The notes under the pieces were generated by a model, which worked only from the letters and a program-made list of their open reading frames with translations, had not been told where the DNA came from and searched no databases. A stretch of 64,000 nucleotides of DNA from Eledone cirrhosa (lineage: Eukaryota). The stretch's first letter is position 1. Each line of letters opens with the position of its first letter. Positions 1-12,823 of this stretch are shown piece by piece. The stretch spans positions 1,364,001-1,428,000 of the forward strand of contig OZ024761.1 in the NCBI GenBank assembly GCA_964016885.1. The letters are read 5' to 3'. The position numbers were made by a program, and so were the translations under genes.

Positions 1-504
1 TGGAATTCACCGCCAAAGCGGGGGTTACCTCCCTTGGAGAAAACCACGTGTCTATAGCGAAATTTAATGCTACAGCATACCCGCAGAGGCTAAAGAACAC
101 AAGACTTGCTGAAGAAGGAAATCCTTTGTTCTGTCGTAAAAAACCATTAACTTGCAGACTCCTGCAAGCGGAATTTGTCGATCTTGGATTTGCAGAAACC
201 TAGCGCTGATGTTGTGTGCTGTATGTGATGTGTATCGTGTGCTATACGATGCGCATTATATATTTTGCATTCAGTCTCACCGTTTTGTTCAGGTCAGTCT
301 AAAATCTTTTCCTGAGTCCTGTATTTTCGTTGCTCTGGTGATGCGGCTGGACTGCCGATCGCTATATTTGATTTGCTAAGCTGTCTAAACGTATTGTTAT
401 TACTCTGGGGTACTTTTCCCCATCCGAGTGCTAAAGCTACATACCGAATTTGCATTCGTTAGCTTGGCCGCGAACTAAAGCTTCGTTAATGTTGTACTAA
501 CATT

Positions 505-505
<1 letters not shown>
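1..505. repeat. Dispersed repeat of unknown class (diverged copy of 20460-20966)
   Basis: Colinear similarity with 20460-20966 (GGGGTTACC, AAAACCACGTGTCTATAGCGAAA, TTGCAGAC-CCTGCAAGCGGAATT, CATCGAGTGCTAA). Both copies end at the same point in a TA tract. Confidence 0.85.
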
Positions 506-543
<38 letters not shown>

Positions 544-586
544 CTGTGTGTGTGTTAGGTAATTCCGAAGGAAAAGCAAAGGATAA

Positions 587-650
587 CATCTCTGATGATC
601 GATCCAGACGTAAATTAATATTGTCTGGGAACCAGAAACCTTTGGTAATG
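587..650 (+). ncRNA. Type I hammerhead ribozyme-like motif (imperfect stem I)
   Basis: CTGATGA 592-598; stem II TCCAGAC/GTCTGGG; GAAA 635-638; stem III CC-TTT-GG; GTA site; stem I CAT/ATG with an extra CT. Confidence 0.55.
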
Positions 651-680
651 GAGTAGTTATATTTTGTGTTGTTCACTTTC

Positions 681-745
<65 letters not shown>

Positions 746-1254
746 ACGTATGTATGTATGTATGTATATATGTACGTATGTATGTGTGTGTGTGTGTGTT
801 TGTGCTTGTGTCTACATGTGTGTGTGTGTATATATATATATATATTCTCGTAATGGCACAAGTGTCTGTCGTCCCCTCCTCCACCCACCCACCCCTCACC
901 ATTTATAGCAGCCATCGTAAAGTTTCTCGTTTTCCAACACATAAAACTTCCCCAGATTACTATCGTTATTATTATTAGGAGTATTTTTGTTGTGATTGTG
1001 GTTGGTCTTCTTCTTCTTCTTCTTCTTCTTCTTCTTCTTCTTCTATTCCCTATCTACCAGCCCTCCATTATACTCTGCCCCCGACGCGAGGTCGTTACCT
1101 ACAGTTATTACCTCGGTTAACGTGTTTACTCGTCTCCGCCTCGTAACCAGGTGAAATCCATTATTTTGTTTCGGTCTACAGGTTCATTACACGTACAAAT
1201 TATGTGTGTATGTATGTATTTATGTATGTGTGCGTTTATATTTATATGTTGGTA

Positions 1255-1286
<32 letters not shown>

Positions 1287-1447
1287 ACTGCTCTGTATAA
1301 CAACTGATGTTATTACATTGAGCTATTTATCTTACTGGTAATAGGATAGTAATTAAAGACTATCTCTCACTATTTAGGTTTTGTGTATATATAATATATT
1401 ACCATCAAAGGTTTTATTGCATACATAACCATAAATAGTACCCTTAA

Positions 1448-1717
<270 letters not shown>

Positions 1718-1718
1718 T

Positions 1719-1935
1719 GTGAAGGCGCGTGGCTGAGTGGTTAGGGAATTGGATTCGCAATCGTAAGGTTGTGAGTTCGATTCCTGGACCAGGCGATGCG
1801 TTATGTCCTTGAGCAAGACACTTTATTTCACGTTGCTCCTTCTACCTGGAGTTGCGACCGATAGATAGTATTAGCAATTGGAAAGACCAACGGAAACATT
1901 GTTCCGTCGGTCCGATTTGACGAAAGTCGATCGTA
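1719..1935 (+). mobile_element. tRNA-derived CORE-type SINE (octopus OR2-like)
   Basis: A box TGGCTGAGTGG, B box GAGTTCGATTC, then CORE-like TGTCCTTGAGCAAGACACTTT. Related copies at 29806 and 31151 (+), 25290-25760 and 18780-19015 (-). Confidence 0.8.
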
Positions 1936-2192
1936 AAAAAAATATATATTCTATATATATATGTAAAAGGTAAACAAAAATAACAACACAATCGGTACAG
2001 TATTTGGAAGGATTATATTAGGTTAACTCTTGAAATAGCTGGAAGAGGGTCTTAAAATTTCGGACGCTAGTCCTTCATCAAAAGAAAGAATGAAAAATAA
2101 GTAGATTGAAGGGACGGGCGGGGTGGAATTGGAAAAAATGTCTTTAGATAAAAATAACAGGTCCATTCATGTTGACATCTCTTGGAAAACTG

Positions 2193-2251
<59 letters not shown>

Positions 2252-2254
<3 letters not shown>

Positions 2255-2412
2255 ACGAAGGAGTTGTGGTAAGTACTCAATACTTAGGGTAGTAGAGTGG
2301 GTAATAGGAAAATGTATGACCCTCGACGACAGAGCTCAAGCTGTTTCGACGGTCCAGAAATACCCGTCGAAATGGCTTGAGCTCTGCCGTCGGGGTCATA
2401 CATTTTCCTATA
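2252..2412. mobile_element. Short fold-back element (family I) carrying the 3' half of a hammerhead
   Basis: Inverted arms TAGGAAAATGTATGACCC.../...GGGGTCATACATTTTCCTA, flanked by TA tracts. Eight copies in the window. Confidence 0.75.
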
Positions 2413-2689
2413 TATGTATAATATATATATATATATATAGTATGAAGTTAACCGAACAGGGATGTTTTGGCCACATTATGGTCTGTCGGTTGTGAAACAG
2501 ATAAAATGAAGCTCTCAACGACCTGTATAAATGGTGCAAGCCGGAACATTACATATCAATAAAAGATCTGAGGCCATATCCAGTTGGCTGGCGTTCCATT
2601 TGTTACGCTGTATGTGAGTGTATGAGTATGAGTGTGTTTGTGTGAATGTATGTCAGTAAGTGTGTGTTTTTATAAGTGTGTCTGTTTGC

Positions 2690-2721
<32 letters not shown>

Positions 2722-2722
<1 letters not shown>

Positions 2723-3029
2723 ATGTAGGAGGTGAGTTTTATTGTAGTACAATAAAGCAATGCAGATATCGGATAAGAAGCACTCTACAGTTTGTGGGAC
2801 TGGAGTATGCATAATATAAGATCAAAAGATGGTTAAAGGAGTTCCATATATTTTATTATGCGCATTTCAATGTTGATTTAAAACTGCACTATCAACAAGT
2901 GTTTTTTAGCCTTCATATCATGTTCTCCTGTTTTATCTGATGAAAACACAAATATTATTGCTTGATGATGTTTGTTTTTGAAATGCGCATAATAAAATAT
3001 ATGGAACTCCTTTAACCATCTTTTGATCT

Positions 3030-3036
<7 letters not shown>
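2722..3036. mobile_element. Fold-back fragment of PLE pseudo-LTR (family A)
   Basis: 2722-2870 is the reverse complement of the terminus at about 45250-45400; 2870-3036 matches 45145-45310 directly; TA flanks. Confidence 0.85.
2931..2997 (+). ncRNA. Type I hammerhead ribozyme (family A)
   Basis: TTTTAT-CTGATGA-long stem II-GAAA-TGCGCA (palindromic stem III)-TA-ATAAAA; stem I TTTTAT/ATAAAA. Confidence 0.8.
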
Positions 3037-3080
<44 letters not shown>

Positions 3081-3569
3081 TACATATAAATGTATGCATA
3101 TCCACATACACACATATAGACATACACGTACATACACGTACACAACACACATACACACATATACACATACACGTACACACATATACACATACACCTACAG
3201 ATATATACACACACGCGTACACACATATACACACACGTAGACACATACACGTCAGTGTGTTGAAAAAAATCCTAGTGTACATATAAAACTGCATCAAATT
3301 TGGGAGAAAAGTGGGTCATCTTGGAATACAGAATAGAATTAAGGAGAGAATAGCACCAGAATTGGTAAAATTTTAGGGAATGAGCGGCGATGGAGGTCTG
3401 TAATGGTGGTTTTAACGAACGTGACTTTCTTTTGGCAGGTGAAAAACACGAGACAGCTGCTTAACTAGCGTTCTAATTACGTTACATACATATACACATA
3501 CATACATACACATACATGCATACATGCATACCAAGACACGTACATATATCCCCACACATGTACACACAT

Positions 3570-3602
<33 letters not shown>

Positions 3603-3629
3603 CATATATACACACGCATTCATACACAC

Positions 3630-3667
<38 letters not shown>

Positions 3668-3673
3668 GCATAT

Positions 3674-3748
<75 letters not shown>

Positions 3749-3883
3749 TATATACACACGCATATATACACACACACACACATATATGCATACCAATACA
3801 CATACATATATCCCCATACATATGAACACATACACACACTTACATGCCTACCAATACACATACATATATCCCGACACACATGA

Positions 3884-3914
<31 letters not shown>

Positions 3915-4734
3915 TATATATATATACTTAGATTCATATGGTGGTTGAGATCTTAGAGATAATAATGATGGTTGTTGCGCTGGTGATGATAGTGATTTTG
4001 GTGGTGGTGGTGGTGGTGATGGAAGTGGTAGGGGATGAAATTAGTGGCGTTGACGATGATGATGATGATGATGATGATATTGTTGATGACAATAATGATG
4101 ATGATGATGAAAACCGTGACGATGACGATAATGGCAATGTTTACAATGAAGAGTGCAAGAGGTAAAATACAAAGTCATCACTGTTGAATGCAAGAGAATG
4201 TTAATGGCTATGTAGAAACCATGATAGTGAGTAATAACACACCACCACACACACACACACACACACACAGAGAGAGACATAGCCAGTTTGTGGCAGGGTT
4301 TATTTTAAGGAAATTTTTGAACTGCACAAATCTAAGAAGCAGGTGCCATAACCCATGTTTGATATTGTCTGAGCCTGCGAAGCATTTGTAAAGTAATATA
4401 ATGGCGCATTTTAAAACAATTTAAGTCTTTTAACCACCATTTACGATGTAAGCATCACCTATAGTATTTGATACAAAATGTAAACTTTTGTAGATTTAGA
4501 GTTGCACTTTAAATTAATTACTGGTTTGTTGTTGAGGTTGATGCAGTAGCTTGTTGTTCTAGTGCTTTTCTTGTAGAGAGACAAATATATAGATAGAGAT
4601 ATAGACAGTCAGATAGATATATAGATAGACATTATAGATAGACATATAGACAGACAGACAGACAGATAGATATATAGATAGGCATATAGGCAGTCAAACA
4701 GACAGACAGATAGATATATAGATAGACATATATG

Positions 4735-5777
4735 TTTCTTTTATTTGCCACCAGGGCATCAAAAGTGGGACAAGTACAATGGGGGGATTTTACAAAACAA
4801 GGCGTCCTCAATAAGGAGGAGGCAATAACAATATATAAAAATAAAATAAAATATAACAAAAAATAAAATCTATAACAAAGTCCTCAATAGAGAGGAGGCG
4901 CCTTGGGGGGTCGCACACACCCCCGAAAAAAGTGTGCAACCCTGCTCCTCAGGAGCACAGAGAAGGGGTGCTCCCTTGGTCTTTCATCTTCCTCACCTAT
5001 AGTCTGATGTAGAGTGAAGGCCCATACACACGGGCCATTCTCGCCACTTTCACCCATCTTTCATAGAAACGGCTGGGGTGCAGCACCTCTCTCTCCATCC
5101 TGATCCTTCTTCCGAAATGATATCGGAAGAAACGGACCAGTTGTTGGCCAGAGAGAAAGGTGTCTGACCTCAGTCCTTTCAGACGCGTCCACCATACAAC
5201 CTCTTTCGCCATGGCTATTACGCACAGAAACACCGCCTCTCCTTCGTTTTTGAAGAGGGGAGGCGGCTTGATCGTTACAATAGACTCGGTGGTCAACCGG
5301 ATCGGTCCCACCCTTGACAGCAGTTGTTCGACATAGCCCCACAGATCGGCAATGCCCGAGCAGTGTACCAATGCGTGTGCAACGGTTTCCTCGTCGCACA
5401 CGCATCTGGGACAGATCTTTTTCGATGGGTCCCTACCCGGGCGCCCGTGTCTGTAGAGCCTTTCTCGAACGGGCAGAGCCCTTCTGTAGCATTGCCAGGC
5501 CAGGGACCTCTGGAAGTTATCCATGGGTCCCGGGCTGAATGTCCTACCGAACAGGTTGGCCAGTTCGTCTTCCTCCATGCCTAGGGCTTCTCCGAGGGCG
5601 TCGTCGTACCTGCTAACCACCAGCCCTCTATAGAATGACGAGGTGGATTCTCCACTGACAGCCGGGTCCGCCTGCCAGAGAGCCGTGAGCGCCTGGGCAC
5701 ACTCGGTGTGCCAGGCGCCCAGTTTTCTCGGTCTTTGCTTGACCCAGGATTGCAGCTCGGTGAGTGAGACGAGTCTG
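4735..5777 (-). mobile_element. 5'-truncated Tx1-type L1 LINE (ORF2 C-terminus with zinc-binding domain, plus 3' UTR)
   Basis: CPRCVCDEETVAHALVHC motif; near-identical to 12824-13867; AATAAA at the 3' end; candidate TSD TAGACATATA (4723-4732 / 5778-5787). Confidence 0.9.
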
Positions 5778-6113
5778 TAGACATATAGGCAGTCAGATAG
5801 ACAGACAGAAAGATAGATGATAATCGACAACTGTCTGAGGAAGCTGCATCACTTGGGTGGGAAGGAAACTCCGAATTAACAGGCTACTGGATCAACCTTG
5901 ATAAATGACTAATTAATATCTCTACTATGGTATTGAGTACTCATTCTCGCGATAACTTTGTCTCTCTCTCTCTTCTCGATTTTGATGAAAGTCTATTTAT
6001 ATTTCCCTCCTTCCAGTGTTGCCATTTGCACATATATTTCTTCACCGTATCCTGTCCTCTCTACAGTCGTAAGATGACTTTTTATTGTCATTTAATTACA
6101 TGATCGCATTGCA

Positions 6114-6465
6114 GTCTTAGTCGAGACATTGGCGTCTTAGTCGAGACATTACTGTCTTAGTCGAGACATTGGCGTCTTAGTCGAGACATTACTGTCTTAG
6201 TCGAGACATTGGCGTCTTAGTCGAGACATTACTGTCTTAGTCGAGACATTACTGTCTTAGTCGAGACATTGGCGTCTTAGTCGAGACATTACTGTCTTAG
6301 TCGAGACATTGGCGTCTTAGTCGAGACATTGTCAGCTTAGTCGAGACATTGGCGTCTTAGTCGAGACATTGTTGTCTTAGTCGAGACATTGTCAGCTTAG
6401 TCGAGACATTGGCGTCCTGGTCGAGACATTGCAGTCTTAGTCGAAACATTGCTGTCCTAGTCGAA
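6114..6465. repeat. 20-bp minisatellite GTCTTAGTCGAGACATT+NNN, about 17 units
   Basis: Seen directly; the variable triplet is mostly GGC or ACT. Confidence 0.95.
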
Positions 6466-6871
6466 TCACAATCACTTGTCACCAGTTTCTATCTTGTTCT
6501 GTTATCTCATATGTATCTTCTCGGCGGCTTGTCATAAGCCGTCATGCAGCTCAATATCACACAATACCAAACATGTGCACGAAATTGCATTGGCCGAGAA
6601 GTGGCTGGTGAGACAGTTGGATGCTTTTGTTCATTTATTCCTTCCTTCCACGCATTTCGTTTTTTTAAAATGCCTATACACGTCTATAGATGCCTATTGT
6701 ATATGTTGTATATGGCATGGATGGTCCCGTAATTCCTGATGGAGTCATAGAGACGCATTAGTGGCATACGGCGTTTCTAGGTCATTTAAAGCCTGGTGGG
6801 GTCCATCCCTTTCCATATATAAGTGTATATTTATATATGTGTATGTATATGTGTGTATATACAAGGTTTTG

Positions 6872-6906
<35 letters not shown>

Positions 6907-7192
6907 CTATGTATAATGTGAAATGAAATACAAGCCATACCATGTGCCATTTCACCACCAACTCTAACCTCATTAGTTCGTCTCCCTTTCCTCTTCCCTC
7001 TTCCCTGTCCCTATTTCTGTTTACCTCCTGTTCCCTACCTTCCCCCACTCCATATATCGGCCCTCCATCCTCCCACCTTTCTCCTGCCAAATACAACTGA
7101 CTTCTTCCGGGATATCTTTTTTTTTTCTTGATGGGCTAAAACCAAATATACCGACCTATCCATCTGTTTGTCATCACCTCCTCGCCTTTTCA

Positions 7193-7262
<70 letters not shown>

Positions 7263-7263
<1 letters not shown>

Positions 7264-7603
7264 TCAGGGTGGAGAGAGAGGCACTGCACCCCAGTAAATT
7301 TACTGAAAGGTGGGTGAATGAAGCGAAAATGGCCCGAGTGATTGGGCCTTCTCTGTTAATAAGCCTGTAGGTTGAGGAAGAGAGCAAAAGGAAGAAAGGA
7401 GCACTTGCACAACACGCTCCCCGAGTTGAGGGTTGTTCTATCGACGGGGTATTAAACAACCCATTTGTGGCGCCTCCCCCCTATTGGGGATTTCGATTGT
7501 TGAAATTGTTTGTTTTTATATTTTTACACGACTGTATGTAAAATCCCCGGCATGTCTTTGTATTGTCCCCTTTCTTGTTGCGCCCTTGTGGCTAATAAAG
7601 AAA
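7263..7603 (+). mobile_element. Tx1-type LINE 3' fragment, subfamily 2
   Basis: Encodes ..VEREALHPSKFTERWV..; reverse-complement homologue of 12226-12570; ends AATAAAGAAA then (TCTA)n. Confidence 0.85.
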
Positions 7604-7654
7604 TCTATCTATCTATCTATCTTCTTATCTCTCTCTCTTACGCTCTCTCTTACG

Positions 7655-7711
<57 letters not shown>

Positions 7712-8050
7712 GATAAATCTACCAAGAGTTTACGGTAGTGTCCAATCCGTATGAAGAACTCAATGTATTTCGGATATCATGGAAAGAAGAGATGTAATGA
7801 AAAATCACTTTCGGTGAAAGATAAACGGTATACAGAGTCAAGATAAAATATTAAACAAATAATGAATAAAACAATGAAACAGTTCCTTATATTAAACAAA
7901 AAAAGTTCATTATTTAACGATCGTTTCTAGGATATATATGTGTTAGAATTGGCATGCATATTCAACAGATCTATGTACAAAATTATACAAAATTATACAA
8001 ACTATCAAGATTAAATATACATACCAACACATATATACGCCGTCTTCAGA

Positions 8051-8099
<49 letters not shown>

Positions 8100-8108
<9 letters not shown>

Positions 8109-8566
8109 GTACATACATATATGTATACAGATGTACAGTAGTATGTATATATATATACATACATGGACACATATATGTATGTACGTATGGATTCACCGAA
8201 CATTTATTATAATGCTCGATGTGTTTGTAAACAAACATCCCGTATTAAGGTAAGTATATACGTTCAACAATCTGGCAGGATGGTATACGTTGCTGACGAT
8301 AGCTAATAAGCTTGAAACTAATACAGCGTTCCTTTGTCAGTGTTGAGCAAACGAGCAACGATGGTTGCTAGACACTACGCTTAATACGGGATGTTTGTTT
8401 ACAAACACATCGAGCATTATAATAAATGTTCCAGGAATCCATACGTACATATATATATGTGTGCATGTATGTATATATATATACATACTACTGTACGTCT
8501 GTATACATATATGTATGTACGTGTACATACTTATATTTAAGTAACAGCCGTTTCATTTTTTTCGTT

Positions 8567-8570
<4 letters not shown>
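8100..8570 (+). mobile_element. Hammerhead element family B with inverted 5' arm
   Basis: 8100-8248 is the inverse of about 8380-8530; the body matches the 420-bp tandem unit at 23249-24130. Confidence 0.8.
8288..8328 (+). ncRNA. Type I hammerhead ribozyme (family B, one stem III mismatch)
   Basis: CGTTG-CTGACGA-TAGCTAATAAGCTT-GAAA-CTAA-TA-CAGCG. Confidence 0.75.
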
Positions 8571-8615
<45 letters not shown>

Positions 8616-8621
<6 letters not shown>

Positions 8622-9001
8622 ATACTTGGGGATGGTCATATTTGTGTAATAATATTGCCAGAATTAATAACTGAACACACTCACTATTTGGTTGGTTTTC
8701 GCTTCTGTGTCTTTTATATCGGTTAATTTAATTTAATTTATTCGGTCCTCAATGTTACCATTGACTGACCAACGGTAAAAAATACAGATATAATATAGAC
8801 ACAAACACATATATATATATTCTAACAAAGTTCTTTCGTTGCACATCTGCAACATCGTCACAACTGATAGAAGCGAAAACTAACCAAACAGTGAGTGTGT
8901 TCTGTTATTAATTCTGGCAATATTATTACACAAATATGACCGTCCCCAAGTATAACAAAATTTGTTTCGACACACGATTTCATATCAAAAACCTCGCAAA
9001 A

Positions 9002-9004
<3 letters not shown>
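8616..9004. mobile_element. Fold-back pseudo-LTR fragment of the Naiad-like PLE (family C)
   Basis: Matches 55700-55998; inverted arms 8616-8708 and 8868-8958. Confidence 0.8.
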
Positions 9005-9081
<77 letters not shown>

Positions 9082-9277
9082 CATATATATAGAGAGAGAG
9101 CGTCAGAGAGAGAGATAGGAAGATATATATATATATATATATATATACATATTATATATATATATATGTTTAATTCTTTCCCCATCTCTCTATTTATCTC
9201 TATCTCCCTGTCTAACTATTCTTTTATCGATCTCTTTCTCTACATATATAGCTGTCAACCAATCAATCTATCTATAT

Positions 9278-9320
<43 letters not shown>

Positions 9321-9321
<1 letters not shown>

Positions 9322-9827
9322 TAGCCGAATTACCCGCACCTTGCTGCGTTTCACACATTTTTTTTCTGTAAGAAAATGATGATTGATTTTAAATCAGTTA
9401 TATAATTTATGGAGAAAAACTCTACATTTCAATATTACTCATGTAAAATGTAATGCATGCAAAATTGGAAAACATTTTTTGTAATATATCAAATCAAAAA
9501 CACATTATTAAATCTTATTCTTATTTTGTTTCTTGTAAATAATTTTTTTCAAAATATCAATTCAAAATTTTTGTGAATATGCATCATATCTTGTCATTTA
9601 CCTATGGTTTAAATTTCATATAGATGGAATGGAAAACATTTTCAGCGGGGGTTTGTGTCCCCGGGGAACCCTTTGATTAAAATGAAATATACTTATCCAA
9701 GTACCCTGGGCAATGTAGTTTCAGATTATATATGGTTATGGTGGTCTATCTCCAAAACCATAGGAGTAGTTCGTGAACAAACAAACAAACAAACAAACAG
9801 ACAGGAATACAACTTTATATATATAGA
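9321..9827 (-). mobile_element. Complete non-autonomous Helitron
   Basis: Minus strand starts A|TCTATATATATAAAG and ends with hairpin CGCAGCAAGGTGCG plus CTAG|T; inserted in an AT dinucleotide. Confidence 0.8.
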
Positions 9828-10174
9828 TATATATATGTTGCATGCAAGTCTTCTCCCAGCTTAGCACCAGTCAACGAAACTGGTACTAAACTGGGTGAAG
9901 ACTTGCATGCAGGAGTGAAACCTCTTGATCAGGCTCCTGGTTTGAATATTAGAGAGGAACTTCTTTCTCACGAGGCACTTTCAAGATGCCTTGGACTGTG
10001 AGGAGTCATACGGCGTTTCTTATGCCTTTTTTAAAAAAAGAAAAATGACAAAGCCCATCTCCCCTCTATGTCTGAACACATTCCATTTCTGGCAGAGAAT
10101 AAGAGGTGGCGATAAAGAAGAAATTAGAAAGAAAATAGATGGAGAATCGACCTCTAGTATTTGATCGGCATTTT

Positions 10175-10275
10175 TTTTTTTTTTTACCTCGAAAGGAGGA
10201 AAAGTAAAGTTGAGCTCGGCTGGATTTGAACTCAGAGAGCCGGAACGAATAGTGCAAAGCGTTCTATCTGCCATT
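10175..10275 (-). mobile_element. Meta-domain SINE fragment
   Basis: Minus strand GAGTTCAAATCCAGCCGAGCTCAACTTTACTTTTCCTCCTTTCGAGG. Confidence 0.6.
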
Positions 10276-10473
10276 TCGTCGCTTCATCAATCATCATGTT
10301 ATGTAAATTAGTTAGTTGTATGTCTAGATACAGTATCATCTACATCAGAGGTTCTCAAAGTGGGCGCTACTGCCTCCCCCCCCCCCCGGGGGGGAGGGCC
10401 GTTGTGAAGATCCAGGTCGACGCCGGGGCCTAAGGGGTGGTAGAGAGGATATAATAGTATATTAAATATTAAA

Positions 10474-10511
<38 letters not shown>

Positions 10512-10523
10512 GAGTGTGTGTGG

Positions 10524-10619
<96 letters not shown>

Positions 10620-10668
10620 GAGTGTGTGTGGGTGTATATATATATATATATATAAATATATATATATG

Positions 10669-10714
<46 letters not shown>

Positions 10715-10727
10715 CATACATTCATAT

Positions 10728-10804
<77 letters not shown>

Positions 10805-10810
<6 letters not shown>

Positions 10811-10921
10811 TGAAATAAAATGAAAACGAAATTTCGTTTCTCACTCTTAGTACGGCACTTACTTAAATGTAAGTATGCATGTATACGTACATACATATAT
10901 GTATACAGACGTACAGTAGCA

Positions 10922-10979
<58 letters not shown>

Positions 10980-11215
10980 TACATACAGGTACACATACAT
11001 ATATGCACGTATCAGTTTAGCGAACGCTTATTATAACGCCGCTTTGTTCGTTTGTAAACAAACTGAACAGCCTGAATTTTTATGCCGTACGGTGTTAAGG
11101 CAACCACGTCACCTTTTTGTTCAACACTGACACAGGAACGATGTACTAGTTTCAAGCTTGTTAGCTATCATCAGCACCGTATACCCATCTGCCAGATAGT
11201 TGAACGTTCGAAAGT
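10805..11215 (-). mobile_element. Hammerhead element family B, diverged copy
   Basis: Reverse-complement homologue of 23435-23760. Confidence 0.8.
11139..11179 (-). ncRNA. Type I hammerhead ribozyme (family B)
   Basis: Minus strand CGGTG-CTGATGA-TAGCTAACAAGCTT-GAAA-CTAG-TA-CATCG. Confidence 0.85.
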
Positions 11216-11378
11216 ATATACATCATTCTGATGATTGAAAGCAATTTTTTTTTGCTTTCAAGAAACCACTGGTAAATGAAATAATTGCCTTATGTTGTTT
11301 ATTACATAACTATTAAGCTCTGTTACCTACATAGAGCACTCTTTTTTCCTGGACTTTTCCGACGGAATTACTTCATTC

Positions 11379-11462
<84 letters not shown>

Positions 11463-11468
<6 letters not shown>

Positions 11469-11820
11469 ATACTTGGGGAGGGTCATATTGTAATAATATT
11501 GCCAGAATTAATAACAGAACACACTCACTGTTTGGTTGGTTTTCGCTTTTGCATCTTTTATATCAGTTAATTCGTTCGGTCCTCGACGTTTACCATTGAT
11601 TGATATAGGTATAAACAGATATAATATAGGTATAAACACATGTATATAGTCAAACAAAGTTCTTACGCCATCTTTTGGTAAAGATGGCGTAAATATGCAA
11701 TACAACAGGAGGAACATAATAGCACAACTGACGATGTTGTAGATGTGCAACGAAAGAACTTTGTTAGACTATATATTATTTTGGCAATATTATTATAACA
11801 ATATAACCTTCCCCAAGTAT

Positions 11821-11826
<6 letters not shown>
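11463..11826. mobile_element. Fold-back pseudo-LTR fragment family C, with hammerhead-like motif at 11719-11772 (+)
   Basis: CTGACGA-TGTTGTAGATGTGCAAC-GAAA-GAAC-TT; homology to 55660-55950. Confidence 0.75.
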
Positions 11827-11864
<38 letters not shown>

Positions 11865-11868
<4 letters not shown>

Positions 11869-12100
11869 CGAAGGAAATGTGGTAAGGAACCAGGTGGACC
11901 ATAACGCACCAAAGTACTCAATACTTGAGGTAGTAGAGTGGGTAATAGGAACCAGTAAGACCCCGACAGCTGAGCTCAAGCCGTTTCGACGGCTAATTCT
12001 GGACTAAAAAAAAAAAAAAAAAAAAAAAAAATTTTTTTTAGTCCAGAATTAGCCGTCGAAACGGCTTGTGCTCAGCTGTCGGGGTCTTACTGGTTCCTAT
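11865..12100. mobile_element. Fold-back element family I
   Basis: Near-perfect inverted arms about 11946-12015 / 12032-12099 around an A/T run. Confidence 0.8.
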
Positions 12101-12225
12101 ATATATATATATATATATACACATATATATATATATATATACACAGAGAAAAATGGTAATAGATATATAGAAGGCATGCACATATATATACATGAAGCAG
12201 ATTGATAGATAGATAGGAAGATATA

Positions 12226-12800
12226 TTTCTTTATTTGCCACAAGGGCGCACAAGAAAAGGGGACAAAACAAGGACACATGCCGGGGATTTTACATACAGT
12301 CATGTAAAAATATTGAAACAAACAAATTTAACAATCGGAATCCCCAATAGGGGGGAAGCGCCACAATGGGTTGTTTAATACCCCGTAGATAGAACAACCC
12401 TCAACTTCAGGAGCGTGTTGTGCAAGTGCTCCTTTCTTCACTTTGCTCTCTCCTCTAACCTACAGGCTTATTAACAGAGAAGGCCCAATCACTTGGGCCA
12501 TTTTTGCCACTTTCACCCACCTTTCAGTAAATTTACTGGGGTGCAGTGCCTCTCTCTCCACCCTGATTCTCCTTCTAAAGTGATACTTAAAGAAGGGAAT
12601 CAATTGTTGTCCGGAGAGAAAGGCATCTGTCCTAAGTCCTCTCAACCTCGTCCACCATATAACTTCTTTCACCATAGCCACCGTACAGAGGAAAACCGCT
12701 TCTCTTTCGTTTTTGAAAGAGGCTGGCGGTTTGATCCTTACTATGGACTCGGCAGTCAATTGGATTTGTCCCATTCGCGACAGCTGTTGCTCTGCATAGT
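12226..12800 (-). mobile_element. Tx1-type LINE 3' fragment, subfamily 2
   Basis: ORF 12460-12774 is homologous to the C-terminus of 13087-13896; GATA repeats on both sides. Confidence 0.88.
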
Positions 12801-12823
12801 TAGATAGATAGATAGATAGATAA

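Noticed and set aside
1719-1795. tRNA genes (also 29806, 31151, 25690-25760, 18400)
   Set aside because: The A/B boxes run into SINE CORE/Meta bodies and no proper cloverleaf forms; these are SINE heads.
6114-6465. CRISPR-like array
   Set aside because: The variable part is only 3 nt and recurrent, there are no unique spacers or cas genes, and the context is eukaryotic.
10345-10445. hAT transposon starting CAGAGGTTCTCAAA
   Set aside because: Only one TIR-like end, with no partner or TSD found.
11228-11246. CTGATGATTGAAAGC as a hammerhead
   Set aside because: There is no room for stem II and no stem I complement.
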